The notes: generated by a model not told the origin, from the letters alone. A DNA stretch of 61,470 bases, filler included, from 3 parts of 3 records of this genome joined end to end with filler, not necessarily neighbours in it; one strand, 5' to 3'. Shown: positions 9,205 through 18,861, counted from the first letter of the whole stretch. Numbers and translations are program-made.

Positions 9205-9792
9205 TTAGTGACGGTACGGAACGTTGATCGCACAAGGGTTTTCAGACAGGTCCATGCCATAAATATGCAGTGTGTGAGAAATTCTTTCCGTCGGGTTAAA
9301 TAATCTATGGATACCGCACGGATTAGGGTCAACAGACGCAACGGCGCCGGTTTTGGCATTGATGATGCCTGTGCTTTTGGCCAGGGACGGCTCGTCACAC
9401 GCCGCAAAAGTTTCGCAGCCGATCTCACCGTCCAGCACACCAACACAGCCCCAGGCGTTATGCCCATGCACGGGCGTGCAGGCACCGGGCAGCCATTTGA
9501 GCGCCAGCACACTGAAGCGCCCCTCGGGGTGGCTATAAAGGAGTTTGCGCGCATACCCGCGTGCATTCACTTCTGTGTCGTTGAGGTTGCCAAGTTTGAT
9601 GTAAGGCAGTGCAAGGCGCATCAGGCTTTCAACGGCTGACTTGCGAAGACCTGTGCCCACATTGTGGGTCAGAATGTCGGCCTCATTAATCAACCGCATC
9701 AGGCTAGGTGAGCTTGCGAGGGCTGTATTTCCATCCATTGGCATATATGAAGGTTCCACAATCTGGTCATAGGTGAATATGTGGAACATCAT
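9205..9792 (-). CDS. Cysteine dioxygenase family (thiol dioxygenase) protein; start could be 9744
   Basis: YARKLLY, W.PG..TPVHGH..WG, GIHRLFN, TLHIYG (three-His iron site plus outer-sphere H-x-Y). Confidence 0.85.
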   Translation of the reverse strand: MMFHIFTYDQIVEPSYMPMDGNTALASSPSLMRLINEADILTHNVGTGLRKSAVESLMRLALPYIKLGNLNDTEVNARGYARKLLYSHPEGRFSVLALKWLPGACTPVHGHNAWGCVGVLDGEIGCETFAACDEPSLAKSTGIINAKTGAVASVDPNPCGIHRLFNPTERISHTLHIYGMDLSENPCAINVPYRH

Positions 9793-9794
9793 AC

Positions 9795-9814
9795 CAATTA
9801 TCGTTTGATAATTG
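9795..9814. promoter_or_regulatory. Perfect 8-4-8 palindrome, candidate operator of the thiol dioxygenase gene
   Basis: CAATTATC-GTTT-GATAATTG at the edge of a strongly AT-rich intergenic tract (9793-9952). Confidence 0.5.
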
Positions 9815-9952
9815 TTTGCGAAGTTGCGTACGGAGTGTTGATTTTTTGGATTGAAATACTATTTATGTTTATAGAATTGATAATATTTTACAATTATTAA
9901 AATAATAACATTTTTAATTCGCTACATATTGCGACAATATTGGAATATTGAC

Positions 9953-10696
9953 TTACCAGTCACCAAGGGCGGATTGCCACAGGCTGATCGCGGCCATGGC
10001 GGCGGTATCTGCCCGCAAAACCCGTGGCCCGAGGGCGACAACGGTGGTGTTCTCATGGGCGCGGATCATGCGGCGTTCATCGTCGTCAAACCCGCCCTCG
10101 GGGCCGATCAGGACCGCCCATTTGCCGGGGGCTGATTTGCTGGCAGTTTTTTCGAGCGCCTCATGCGCGCTATCGCCAGACAGGTCCTCGTCACAGAACA
10201 TGATGCGGCGGTCTGCGGGCCAGCTAGCCAGCAGCTTTTCAAGTTTGATTGGCTCATCTGATGTTGGCACATTCAGCCGCTCACACTGTTCTGCCGCCTC
10301 GATAGCGTTGGCGCGCAGGCGGTCTGTTTTCACCCGGTCCACAATCGTGCGGTGGGTATAAACCGGTATCAGGTGGCTCACGCCAAGCTCGGTGGCTTTC
10401 TGCGCCATGAAATCAAGCCGGGCTTTTTTTATGGGGGCAAACACAAGCCACAAGTCTGGCTCCGCCGTCTGTTCCCGCGTTTTTGCGTTCACCTTGAGGG
10501 TGACGGCTTTTTTCTTCACCTCGATGACCTCTGCGGCCCATTCACCGTCCTGCCCGTTAAACAGCAGGGCTTCGGTGCCCACAGTTGCCCGCATCACATT
10601 GGCCAGATAATGGCTTTGCTCCGCACCAAGGGTCAGCACACCGCTGCCGGGCAGGCTGTCGGTGATAAAAAGCCGGTGCTGAATTTTCTTTGCCAT
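9953..10696 (-). CDS. rsmE: 16S rRNA (uracil1498-N3)-methyltransferase
   Basis: HYLANVMR, KATELGV, EAAEQCER, IGPEGGF, LGPRVLRADTA. Confidence 0.95.
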   Translation of the reverse strand: MAKKIQHRLFITDSLPGSGVLTLGAEQSHYLANVMRATVGTEALLFNGQDGEWAAEVIEVKKKAVTLKVNAKTREQTAEPDLWLVFAPIKKARLDFMAQKATELGVSHLIPVYTHRTIVDRVKTDRLRANAIEAAEQCERLNVPTSDEPIKLEKLLASWPADRRIMFCDEDLSGDSAHEALEKTASKSAPGKWAVLIGPEGGFDDDERRMIRAHENTTVVALGPRVLRADTAAMAAISLWQSALGDW

Positions 10697-10719
10697 GGTG
10701 CGGGCCTTCTGTGGAGTGG

Positions 10720-11196
10720 CTATAGGGTCTTTGTCAGGTAGCGCACTGTTTTGCCGTTCGCAAGCGTTGCGGTGCCAACAAGCTCAAAACCCAGCTTGGC
10801 GTGAAAGGCGTCGGAGCCCGGGTTGGGCGGGTCTGCGTTCACCTCACAGGCCACAATGCTATGGCCGCGTTCCCGCGCGTGGGTGAACATGTCTTCATAA
10901 AGCGCGCGGGCAAGCCCCTGGCCGCGGGCGTCAGCGCTGGTGATGATGCGGTCGATATAGGCAAAACGTGCGTAGCGTTCCTTGAACCAGAGGAAGTTGG
11001 GGCTGGTGTAGGCTGCTGTTTCTTCAAAACACAGAAGGAAAGCTTTCGCAGGTGCCACACCGCGCGCGTAAAACGCACCGCTGATCATGCTTTCCAGCAT
11101 GCTGAGGTAGAGCCTTGAGGTTTCTTTCTCATGCGCATTATTAAGCGCAAGCACGGGTTCAAGGTCGAGTGTGTTGAGGTCTCTAGTATCCACCAT
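10720..11196 (-). CDS. GNAT acetyltransferase (COG3818-like); alternative start 11223
   Basis: Y.SPNFLWF, YIDRI, ARGQGLA, CEVN.DPPNPGS.AFH..LGF. Confidence 0.85.
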   Translation of the reverse strand: MVDTRDLNTLDLEPVLALNNAHEKETSRLYLSMLESMISGAFYARGVAPAKAFLLCFEETAAYTSPNFLWFKERYARFAYIDRIITSADARGQGLARALYEDMFTHARERGHSIVACEVNADPPNPGSDAFHAKLGFELVGTATLANGKTVRYLTKTL

Positions 11197-11278
11197 AGGG
11201 CTCTCCCGCTCGCTATTGGTCATTTTCGTTAGCGTGCCTGAAATTCAAATTTTGTTTAAAACTTTAAGAAGTTAGCGC

Positions 11279-12952
11279 TCAGAAAGCTACTGTGGCGTCG
11301 ATAATTTCCCGCAGATTCACACCATCCGGCAGGCTGCCGTAAGCGCCGTGGCGGCCGCTGCCGTCAAGGCGGGTTGCCATATAGGCGCTCGACACCTCTT
11401 CCGGCGCGCGTTCCATCAACAGGCGGCTTGCAGCCAGTGTGGCAATGCGTTCTGTTAGCCAGCGGCCCTGCGCCTCCGGTATCGCGCCCGCGCTTAAAAG
11501 CCCATGCAGTTCCTTGAAGGCGGTGTCATATGTGGGGGCGTGGCCCATACCGCCTTGCAGCCATGTGATGCCTTCTTCAAACGCATCCCGCTCGCGTGCT
11601 GCCACGCGCAACAGGTCAAGGCACATCACGCTGCCTGAGCCTTCCCATATGGAATTGACCGGCAGCTCGCGGTATAGCCGCGCCAGCACGCCGTCTTCCA
11701 CATAACCGTTGCCGCCGTGGATCTCCATGGCTTCATAGGCCAGTGTTGGCCCGCGTTTGGTAACCCAATATTTGGTCACTGGCGTCATCAGCCGCGCGTA
11801 AGCCGCGTCTGTTTCACTTGTTTCCATGCGCTCATACGCGCCTGCGAGGCGGATAGACAAGTGTGTGGCCGCCGTCACCTCAAGGCTCATGTCTGCCAGC
11901 AGTGCCGTCATCATCGGCTGGTCAATCAGCTTGCGCTGGAACACGGTGCGGTGCCGTGCGTGGTGTACCGCGCGGCTGAGTGCTTGCCGCATCAGCCCGG
12001 CGGACCCGAGCGCGCAGTCAAGCCGGGTATAGTTTGCCATGGTCATGATGTTGGCGATGCCGCGGCCTTCATCGCCGATCAGCACACCTTCGGCCTCAAC
12101 AAATTCCACTTCGGACGACGCGTTGGATTTATTGCCAAGCTTGTTTTTAAGCCGCTGGAAGCGAAGGCCGTTCACGGTGCCATCCGTCCGGAAGCGAGGC
12201 ACGAAGAAGACGGAAAGCTTCTCATTCGTTTGCGCAAGCACAAGGAACGCATCACACATGGGTGCAGACATAAACCATTTATGCCCGGTGATCAGGTAAC
12301 GCTCGCCCGCGCCCGCTGTGGCTATCGGTGTGGCAACGGTGGTGTTGGCGCGCACGTCTGTACCGCCCTGTTTTTCGGTCATGCCCATGCCGATGGTGAT
12401 GCCGGTTTTCGCAGCGATCGGTTTGAAGCTGGGGTCATAGCTTGGGGCCAGCAGCTTGGCTTTCAGGCCTTCAAACAGGTCCGGCTGGTTCTGGAGCGCA
12501 GGGATCGCCGCATGGGTCATGGTGATCGGGCAGATATGGCCCGCTTCCACCTGGCTCATCATATAATGTTTGGCCGCGCGCACCGGGCCAACGCCCGCGC
12601 CCTTCACGCGGTTATCATCCGCCAAACCATCAAACGCACCGCAGTGAATGCGCGCTTCTTTCGATAGCGCCATAAACTGGTGGTAGCTGGGGTGAAACTC
12701 AACCACATCACGGCGGAAGCCCTGATTGTCATGGCTCATCAGCTCAGGCAGATACCGGTTGGCCTGGTGCCCGGCGTGGAACATGGCATCTGTGCCAAGG
12801 GTTGCCCCAAAACCCGATAACTCATTCGCCGCCCAGCCTGCGCCTTCCGCCTCAAGCGCTGCCTTGAGCGGCACGTCACTGCCGTAGAGGTTCACACCGT
12901 CATATACGGGTGGCTGGTTGAAAACTTCGTGCGTTTCAAAAGCGGATGGCAT
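11279..12952 (-). CDS. aidB: AidB-type acyl-CoA dehydrogenase
   Basis: THEVFNQP, CPITMT, GMGMTEKQGGTDV, GHKWFMSAPMCD, KLGNKSNASSEVEF, NSIWEGSG. Confidence 0.88.
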   Translation of the reverse strand: MPSAFETHEVFNQPPVYDGVNLYGSDVPLKAALEAEGAGWAANELSGFGATLGTDAMFHAGHQANRYLPELMSHDNQGFRRDVVEFHPSYHQFMALSKEARIHCGAFDGLADDNRVKGAGVGPVRAAKHYMMSQVEAGHICPITMTHAAIPALQNQPDLFEGLKAKLLAPSYDPSFKPIAAKTGITIGMGMTEKQGGTDVRANTTVATPIATAGAGERYLITGHKWFMSAPMCDAFLVLAQTNEKLSVFFVPRFRTDGTVNGLRFQRLKNKLGNKSNASSEVEFVEAEGVLIGDEGRGIANIMTMANYTRLDCALGSAGLMRQALSRAVHHARHRTVFQRKLIDQPMMTALLADMSLEVTAATHLSIRLAGAYERMETSETDAAYARLMTPVTKYWVTKRGPTLAYEAMEIHGGNGYVEDGVLARLYRELPVNSIWEGSGSVMCLDLLRVAARERDAFEEGITWLQGGMGHAPTYDTAFKELHGLLSAGAIPEAQGRWLTERIATLAASRLLMERAPEEVSSAYMATRLDGSGRHGAYGSLPDGVNLREIIDATVAF

Positions 12953-13017
12953 GGCAAAACTCCCCAGTATCTATTCACATCAATTTAGGGCGGTGGGTAG
13001 CTAAAGCCAGCCTGATT

Positions 13018-14721
13018 TTAGGCCGGGTTATCACCTGGCATGATGGCGCGGTAGTCGTCTGAGCGCAGGGATTTCACAACGGTGCGGATGTCGTTCTCGT
13101 CGGCCTTGAGCGCGCGGGCTACCTCTGCCCCAAGGCTCAGGCTGGCTTCCAGCGTTTCGGGCACAGTATGGGTGGCGCCCAGTGCCTTGAGCGTTTTGGC
13201 CGCCGTGGGGTTGTGGGTTCGCACATATGTGGGCAGGTGCGCGCATTCGCGCCGTGCGCTCAGTATCATCCGTTCAGCCGCCTTCGGGTCATCCAGCGTG
13301 ATCACCAGAAGCGCTGCATGGGGTGCGCCAACAGCGCGTAAAATCTCAGGCCGGGCGGCATCGCCATAAATGGCAGTAAACCCGGCGTCGCGCGCCTTTT
13401 TTACGTTCATGGGGTCAAGGTCAACGGCAGTGAAGGGGATATCAAGGTCTGAGAGGATGCGCGCGATGGTTTCGCCCACACGCCCGAAGCCCGCAATGAT
13501 CACCTGCTTTGGCCCGTCGTTGATCTCATCTGGCGTGGGCAGCATGCTCGCGCGCTCCTGCGTCATCCGCCGGGCAAGCCATGTGCCACCCATGAACAGG
13601 ATGGGCGTGAGCGCCATGGAAAGCGCGATCACTGCCATAAGCACCTCCACCAGCGCGGGCTCAAGCAACTTCTCGCCGAGCGCATAAGTGAAGAGCACAA
13701 AGCCGAACTCGCCCGCTTGCGCAAGCAAAGCGCCCACCTTGATGCCTTCCGGCAGCGTGAGGCCCATCATCCGTACAAGGCCCGCGATTGTGACGGCCTT
13801 GATGGCCAGCATCACAAAAAGGATAAGGGCGATAAGCCCGGCCTGGCTGGTGAGCGTGCCAAAGTTGATGCCCATGCCCACAGCCATGAAAAACAGACCG
13901 AGGAGCAGCCCGCGGAAGGGCATGATGTCCACTTCCACCTGATGGCGAAACTCGCTTTCCGCCATGAGTAGCCCGGCGATAAACGCGCCCATGGCCATCG
14001 AGAGCCCGACACTTTCCATCAGCCAGCCAAACCCAAGCACCAGCAGAAGCGCAAAACCGGTGAAAACTTCCGGGGTTTTATTGGCAGCCACTAGGCGGAA
14101 CAGCGGGTTGATGGCAAGCCTGCCCGCGATGATCACACCGGTAAGGATGGCCAGCGTTTCAAGGATGGCGAGCCCGAAGGAAGCCCCCACGGTGGCTTCG
14201 CCTGCGGCCAGAAGTGGCACAAGCGCCAGAAGCGGCACCACGGCCAGATCCTGCAACAAAAGGATAGAAAAACCCGCGCGGCCCCACTGGGCACCAAGCT
14301 GGTTTTTGGACGCCATGAGCTGGATACCAAAGGCGGTGGATGATAGCGCAAGGCCAAGCCCCACAATAGCCGCAGGGCCGGGGGCAATATCGAACGTGTA
14401 AGCCGCAAGCACCGAGAGCAGCAGGCCGGTGAGGATAAGCTGCGCGCTGCCAAGGCCGAACACCTGCCGCCGCATGACCCAAAGCCGCGCGGGTTTAAGC
14501 TCGATCCCGATCAGGAACAGCAGGAACACAACACCAAATTCACCGAGGTGCGCGATCTGCGTCGGGTTATCAATGAGCGCAAGGCCCCAGGGCCCGATGA
14601 TCATACCGCCGACCAGATAGCCAAGAATGGCCCCGAACCCAAGGCGCGAGAATATGGTGGCCGAGATCACGGCAACGGCCATCAGCGCGAGGATTTCTAG
14701 GAGCATGGCATCTTGGTGCAT
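13018..14721 (-). CDS. Monovalent cation:proton antiporter-2 (KefB/KefC-like) with KTN/RCK domain
   Basis: EFGVVFLLFLIGIEL, LALSSTA, LLLQD, SEFRHQVEVDIMPFRGLLLGLFF, GFGRVG, YGDA. Confidence 0.9.
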   Translation of the reverse strand: MHQDAMLLEILALMAVAVISATIFSRLGFGAILGYLVGGMIIGPWGLALIDNPTQIAHLGEFGVVFLLFLIGIELKPARLWVMRRQVFGLGSAQLILTGLLLSVLAAYTFDIAPGPAAIVGLGLALSSTAFGIQLMASKNQLGAQWGRAGFSILLLQDLAVVPLLALVPLLAAGEATVGASFGLAILETLAILTGVIIAGRLAINPLFRLVAANKTPEVFTGFALLLVLGFGWLMESVGLSMAMGAFIAGLLMAESEFRHQVEVDIMPFRGLLLGLFFMAVGMGINFGTLTSQAGLIALILFVMLAIKAVTIAGLVRMMGLTLPEGIKVGALLAQAGEFGFVLFTYALGEKLLEPALVEVLMAVIALSMALTPILFMGGTWLARRMTQERASMLPTPDEINDGPKQVIIAGFGRVGETIARILSDLDIPFTAVDLDPMNVKKARDAGFTAIYGDAARPEILRAVGAPHAALLVITLDDPKAAERMILSARRECAHLPTYVRTHNPTAAKTLKALGATHTVPETLEASLSLGAEVARALKADENDIRTVVKSLRSDDYRAIMPGDNPA

Positions 14722-14827
14722 GGCAGTGAAAACCCTTTTTACCAGCGTGAGTTAGCAGGGTGACTTAGCGGATGGGTATAGTCTAGTGCCTGCCCGCTCA
14801 CAGGTAAACAGGGATGTTCAGACTGCC

Positions 14828-15850
14828 TTACGCGATCTTTTGTCGCGCTTTATGCTCGGTTGGGTTTTGCCCGGTCCAGCGTTTGAACGCGCGAGAGAAG
14901 GAACTGGCTTCAGAGAAACCCACAAGATAGGCGGTTTCGTTAACCGACACCTGCTCCCCATCCAGATAATGCAGCGCCATGGTGTTGCGAAGCTCATCCA
15001 GCAGCACCTCAAAGCTGATGCCTTCCGCACGCAGCTTGCGGTACAGCGTCTGGCGGCTCATATTCAGCTTTGCTGCGATATCGTCCATACTCACTTCGCC
15101 GGTATGCAGCAGCGGCAGCAGCATGTTTTCCACCCGTCCGCGAACGCTGGACGCGCCTTCAAGCTTTTTCATCAGGGCATCGGCCATACTGCTCAACACG
15201 CCAAACATATAACGGTTGGTGGGCTGGATTTCGACACCGAGCCATGTGGGGTCGATGCGGATGGCGTTACGGTCAGCGCCAAAATGCACCGGCACGCGGT
15301 AAATGCGGTCATAGGCTTCTGCATGGTCGGGGCGCGGGTGTGTGACATGAATTTCCTGCGCGAAGGGGGCATCACCAAAATGGCGGCGGTAATCACACAC
15401 AAAGCGGGCGAAGGTGCTTTCGCTCAACTCCGGGAACTCATTGGGTTCGGGCCGGTTGTCCTCGATCCACACACCGCTTTCAAGCTGAGCGAGGTTGAAG
15501 CGCGCCTCGCCGCCGCCGCTTTCCACGTCAATCACCAGTCGGGCATAGCGGCTCATTTGCATGAAAGCCTCCCCCATGGTGGCGGCTGAGTGGCATATCA
15601 GCCCAACAACAGAATGCCGCTCGATCGGTTCTGCCGCGCCGAACTCAAGCGCAAGGGCAGGGTCGCCGCACATGTGTTTCGCGGTGCGCATAAGGGTGCG
15701 GTAACTATCAAGTGGTACCCGGTTGTCAGGGTTGAGCAAGAGCGCAGGGGCAATATCTGCTGCCGCCAGAAGTGCATCTTTATCAGCCCCTTTTGAGGTT
15801 GCGAAACTCAGGAGCGAATGCGCAAGCCCCGCAGAAACTGTCCCTATCAT
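14828..15850 (-). CDS. AraC family transcriptional regulator (OruR/VqsM-like N-terminal domain)
   Basis: C-terminal HTH IAAKLNMSRQTLYRKL...AYLVGFSEASSFSRAFKRWTG. Confidence 0.92.
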   Translation of the reverse strand: MIGTVSAGLAHSLLSFATSKGADKDALLAAADIAPALLLNPDNRVPLDSYRTLMRTAKHMCGDPALALEFGAAEPIERHSVVGLICHSAATMGEAFMQMSRYARLVIDVESGGGEARFNLAQLESGVWIEDNRPEPNEFPELSESTFARFVCDYRRHFGDAPFAQEIHVTHPRPDHAEAYDRIYRVPVHFGADRNAIRIDPTWLGVEIQPTNRYMFGVLSSMADALMKKLEGASSVRGRVENMLLPLLHTGEVSMDDIAAKLNMSRQTLYRKLRAEGISFEVLLDELRNTMALHYLDGEQVSVNETAYLVGFSEASSFSRAFKRWTGQNPTEHKARQKIA

Positions 15851-15914
15851 CTGTTATTCCTCGCTATGCATATGCGCCTCTCTCGTGCGCTTGGGCCGTT
15901 ACCTTAGCCGTGCA

Positions 15915-15950
15915 TGATACCAAAAGCCAAACTTTTGATCCTTGCGGTCA
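15915..15950 (+). promoter_or_regulatory. Candidate AraC-type direct-repeat binding site
   Basis: TGATACCAAAAGCCA (15915) and TGATCCTTGCGGTCA (15936); shared TGATnC-N5-GyCA with 21-bp period; lies between divergent araC and DUF2306 genes. Confidence 0.4.
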
Positions 15951-15972
15951 TGGGGTGGGGTGCATATATCTG

Positions 15973-15993
15973 ATTATATCAAATAGATATAAT
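15973..15993. promoter_or_regulatory. 8-5-8 palindrome overlapping a TATAAT hexamer, candidate repressor site
   Basis: ATTATATC-AAATA-GATATAAT; same core recurs at 25507-25523. Confidence 0.55.
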
Positions 15994-16033
15994 AAAATGC
16001 CGGCGCAGACCGGCAAAGACGCGAGGAAACAAA

Positions 16034-16867
16034 ATGACAGATTACGCTTCCGCACAGCCTGTCGCGGCACCGCCAAAACGCGCCCGCAACTGGCTCTCCC
16101 TTTCCGCCAAAACATGGTTTGTGGTCACGGCCATCGGCCAGTGGCTGTTCGTATTATACATCATGGGCTTTTACGGCACCCGCTTTGTGAACGGCGGTGT
16201 GGCCGGTTTCGCCGATACCCACCTGCCCAATGGTTATGTTGAGGGAGATACGGTGGGCAATATCGCCATCGTGACCCATATTCTGGTGGCCGGGCTTATT
16301 ATTGCCGCCGGGCAGCTACAGCTTATCCCTGCTATTCGCGCAAAAGCGCCGCGCCTGCACCGCTGGGCCGGTCGGTTCTACATGGTAGCGTCCGTGGCTG
16401 TCAGCATTGCCGGGGCTTACCTTGTGTGGTCGCGGGAGCGGGTTATCGGCTCGTTTATTCAGGATGTCGCGCTCACGCTCGATGGTGTGCTGGTGGTGGT
16501 GTTCGCCTATCTCGCCTACAAGTATGCCCGTCAGCGCGATTTTGCCGCGCACCGGCGCTGGGCGCTCAGGCTTTTCATGGTGGTGAGCGCCGTGTGGTTC
16601 CTGCGGCTCATGATCTTCGGCTGGTTTGCCGCCACCGGCGGTGTCGGGATCGACGCGGAGACCTTCTCCGGTCCGTTTCTCTATATCACCGCTTTTGCAC
16701 AGTATCTGCTGCCGCTTCTGGTGCTTGAGGTGTATTTCCGCGCCGAACGCCCCCAGAACAAAGCCATGCGGCCGCATGTGGCCGGGCTTGTCTTTGTGAT
16801 GACCGGACTGATGGCCTTTGGCATCGCTGTTGTCAGCGCGGGGTTATGGATACCGCGGGTATTCTAG
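16034..16867 (+). CDS. DUF2306 family integral membrane protein
   Basis: QLQLIPAIR...LHRWAGRFY and AHRRWALRLF motifs; multiple TM helices. Confidence 0.85.
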   Translation: MTDYASAQPVAAPPKRARNWLSLSAKTWFVVTAIGQWLFVLYIMGFYGTRFVNGGVAGFADTHLPNGYVEGDTVGNIAIVTHILVAGLIIAAGQLQLIPAIRAKAPRLHRWAGRFYMVASVAVSIAGAYLVWSRERVIGSFIQDVALTLDGVLVVVFAYLAYKYARQRDFAAHRRWALRLFMVVSAVWFLRLMIFGWFAATGGVGIDAETFSGPFLYITAFAQYLLPLLVLEVYFRAERPQNKAMRPHVAGLVFVMTGLMAFGIAVVSAGLWIPRVF

Positions 16868-16869
16868 GT

Positions 16870-17502
16870 CTATCCCGCAGCGCGGCGGCTTGCGGCGGTG
16901 AGGATACCCGCACCGATCAGGAAGCTGCCGCCAATGCGGTCAACAACCGCGCGGAAACCGGGTTTTTCAAACCGGGCCCGCAGGCTGCCTGCGGTCATGG
17001 CCCACATCACGGTATTCAGCCCCGCAAGGCCGATGAAGGTAGCCTCGAGCAGGGCAAACTGCGGCAACAGCGCGGCGGTGGGGTCAATAAACTGCGGCAA
17101 AAAGGCGGTGAAAAACACCACGCCCTTGGGGTTAAGCGCGGTGACAATATAACAGCGCCAGAACACATGCCGGTCCCGCCCCAAAGCTTTCGAGGCCTCA
17201 GGCAGCGCATCGCCCACCTTCGCGTTTCGCCACATCTTGAGACCAAGCCAGATGAGGTAAGCCGCCCCGATATATTTGATGAGCGTGAACAAGGTGGCGC
17301 TTGTGGCCAGTATGGCACCTGCGCCCAGAAGCGACACGGTCATGGCGGTAAAGTCACCAGCCATCACGCCGGTGGTGGATGCCGGAATGCTGCGCTTGCC
17401 CTGGCTAAGCGCAAAGCTCACCACCATCATCACCGTCGGGCCGGGGATCGCCACCAATATGGCGCTGGTGACAGCAAATGATAACCAAAGTTCAAATGAC
17501 AC
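16870..17502 (-). CDS. LysE/RhtB family amino acid exporter
   Basis: IPGPT, IKYIGAAYLIWLG, LNPKG..FF.AFLPQF; GTG start. Confidence 0.92.
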   Translation of the reverse strand: MSFELWLSFAVTSAILVAIPGPTVMMVVSFALSQGKRSIPASTTGVMAGDFTAMTVSLLGAGAILATSATLFTLIKYIGAAYLIWLGLKMWRNAKVGDALPEASKALGRDRHVFWRCYIVTALNPKGVVFFTAFLPQFIDPTAALLPQFALLEATFIGLAGLNTVMWAMTAGSLRARFEKPGFRAVVDRIGGSFLIGAGILTAASRRAAG

Positions 17503-17595
17503 GTCTGCCTCGCTTGTTTATTGCCTTCCTGCTGCCATCAGGCCATGTTTGTCTTTAAGTCGCAAGACTGAAAGCCTGATCCGGGGGAGGGTAAA

Positions 17596-18207
17596 ATGGC
17601 AACTGACGCACCCATGAGCTGCACCTGCGGCAAGGTCACCGGCATGATCCGTGGCCTGTCGCCTGCTTCCACAAACCACGTGCGCTGCCCGTGCGATGCC
17701 TGTCAGGCTTATGCGCATTATCTGGGCCGGGCTGATGACATGCTGGACGAGGGCGGATATTCCAACATCTTCCAGATGAACCCGCGTGATTTTGAAATCT
17801 ATGGGGGGCATGAGCATCTTGCCGGTGTGTGTATCACCAACACCGGCCCGGTCAGGTGGTATGCAGACTGCTGCAAAACCCCGCTTGGCAATAGTTTCGC
17901 GCGCGGCGGTATGCCTTTCCTTGGGGTGCTGCCCATCTGTACGGGGCTGAAGGGCACCTCAAGTGCGGTGGTGGATATGGTTGGCCCTGTGCGTGCCGTG
18001 GGGTTTGAGAAACCGCCCATTCCGCTTGGCTCGCGCTTGCGCACCATGGGCATGATCATGCGGCTGTTCACCAAAATGGCGATCTGGCGCATGCGCTATG
18101 GCAAAAGCTGGAAACCGTTTTTTGACGAGCGCACCCTGCGCCCGATCAAAAAACCCATCAAGCTCACGGACGCTGAGCGCGCCGCGCTTTACGAAAAGGT
18201 GGTTTAG
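17596..18207 (+). CDS. DUF6151 (GFA/Mss4-like zinc-binding) protein
   Basis: CTCG, CPCDACQAYA, RWYADCCKTPLGN. Confidence 0.8.
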   Translation: MATDAPMSCTCGKVTGMIRGLSPASTNHVRCPCDACQAYAHYLGRADDMLDEGGYSNIFQMNPRDFEIYGGHEHLAGVCITNTGPVRWYADCCKTPLGNSFARGGMPFLGVLPICTGLKGTSSAVVDMVGPVRAVGFEKPPIPLGSRLRTMGMIMRLFTKMAIWRMRYGKSWKPFFDERTLRPIKKPIKLTDAERAALYEKVV

Positions 18208-18623
18208 GGTTGAATGCCATTGCAGGGGCTGCAGGTCACTTCCCAGCACCTTACCCTATTGCAATAAAAACATTCGCATTTGCGCCGGTCTCCAATTGCA
18301 CTGACGCAGAAGCATTCGCGGGGGCACCGCCAGCCGTATTCTGCATCGCCCTTAACGCTAACCTCGACCTGATGACGAGAAAATCCCTGAACCCGTCCGC
18401 CGTTGATTTTGTTCACTGTTTTGATGAAATCTGCAGGGTCGTCCTCGACAGAATGTTTCGAGTCCTCAACGGGAAAATAAAAAACGAAATCGAGGTCACT
18501 ATCGGCAAGGTTTGCAGCTTTGATGCTGCCCTCTGGCGAGGCACCCGTGCCCAACTGCTGCCATGATCCGTCTTCCTTGCGAAGGACAGCTTCCCATTTT
18601 TCGATACCCTTGGTTTTAGACAT
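18204..18623 (-). CDS. Orphan protein with Cys-rich C terminus
   Basis: GGGGGA RBS before ATG 18623 (MSKTKG); 139 aa; nine Cys in the last 40 residues. Confidence 0.6.
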   Translation of the reverse strand: MSKTKGIEKWEAVLRKEDGSWQQLGTGASPEGSIKAANLADSDLDFVFYFPVEDSKHSVEDDPADFIKTVNKINGGRVQGFSRHQVEVSVKGDAEYGWRCPRECFCVSAIGDRRKCECFYCNRVRCWEVTCSPCNGIQP

Positions 18624-18861
18624 GTATTTTCCCCCATTCCCTTCCGGTGTGGCACCGGAGAGTTTTCCATTACACTCCTCAAAACAAATGTGAATCAGAC
18701 AGGGCGGTGTCGTGCGCGGCAAGCCAACGTACGTATGCGGAACTTCTACACCCCCATAGACAATTTAACATAACGGCGATTGTTTTACTATCCTGCCGCC
18801 TCGGCACGGGGGTCGCGGCATTTTCTTGACATCGGCACGCCCTCACCGTACGCCCAAACCC

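Noticed and set aside
8020..12667. 316-aa antisense ORFs over gshA (8020-8970) and aidB (11717-12667)
   Set aside because: In-register antisense shadows of well-supported genes.
18413..18682. Alternative-frame ORF overlapping the Cys-rich orphan, with GAGGAG nearby and a TCCGGTG/CACCGGA hairpin
   Set aside because: RBS spacing is only 4 nt and the product has no protein-like features; an upstream regulatory role cannot be excluded but is unsupported.
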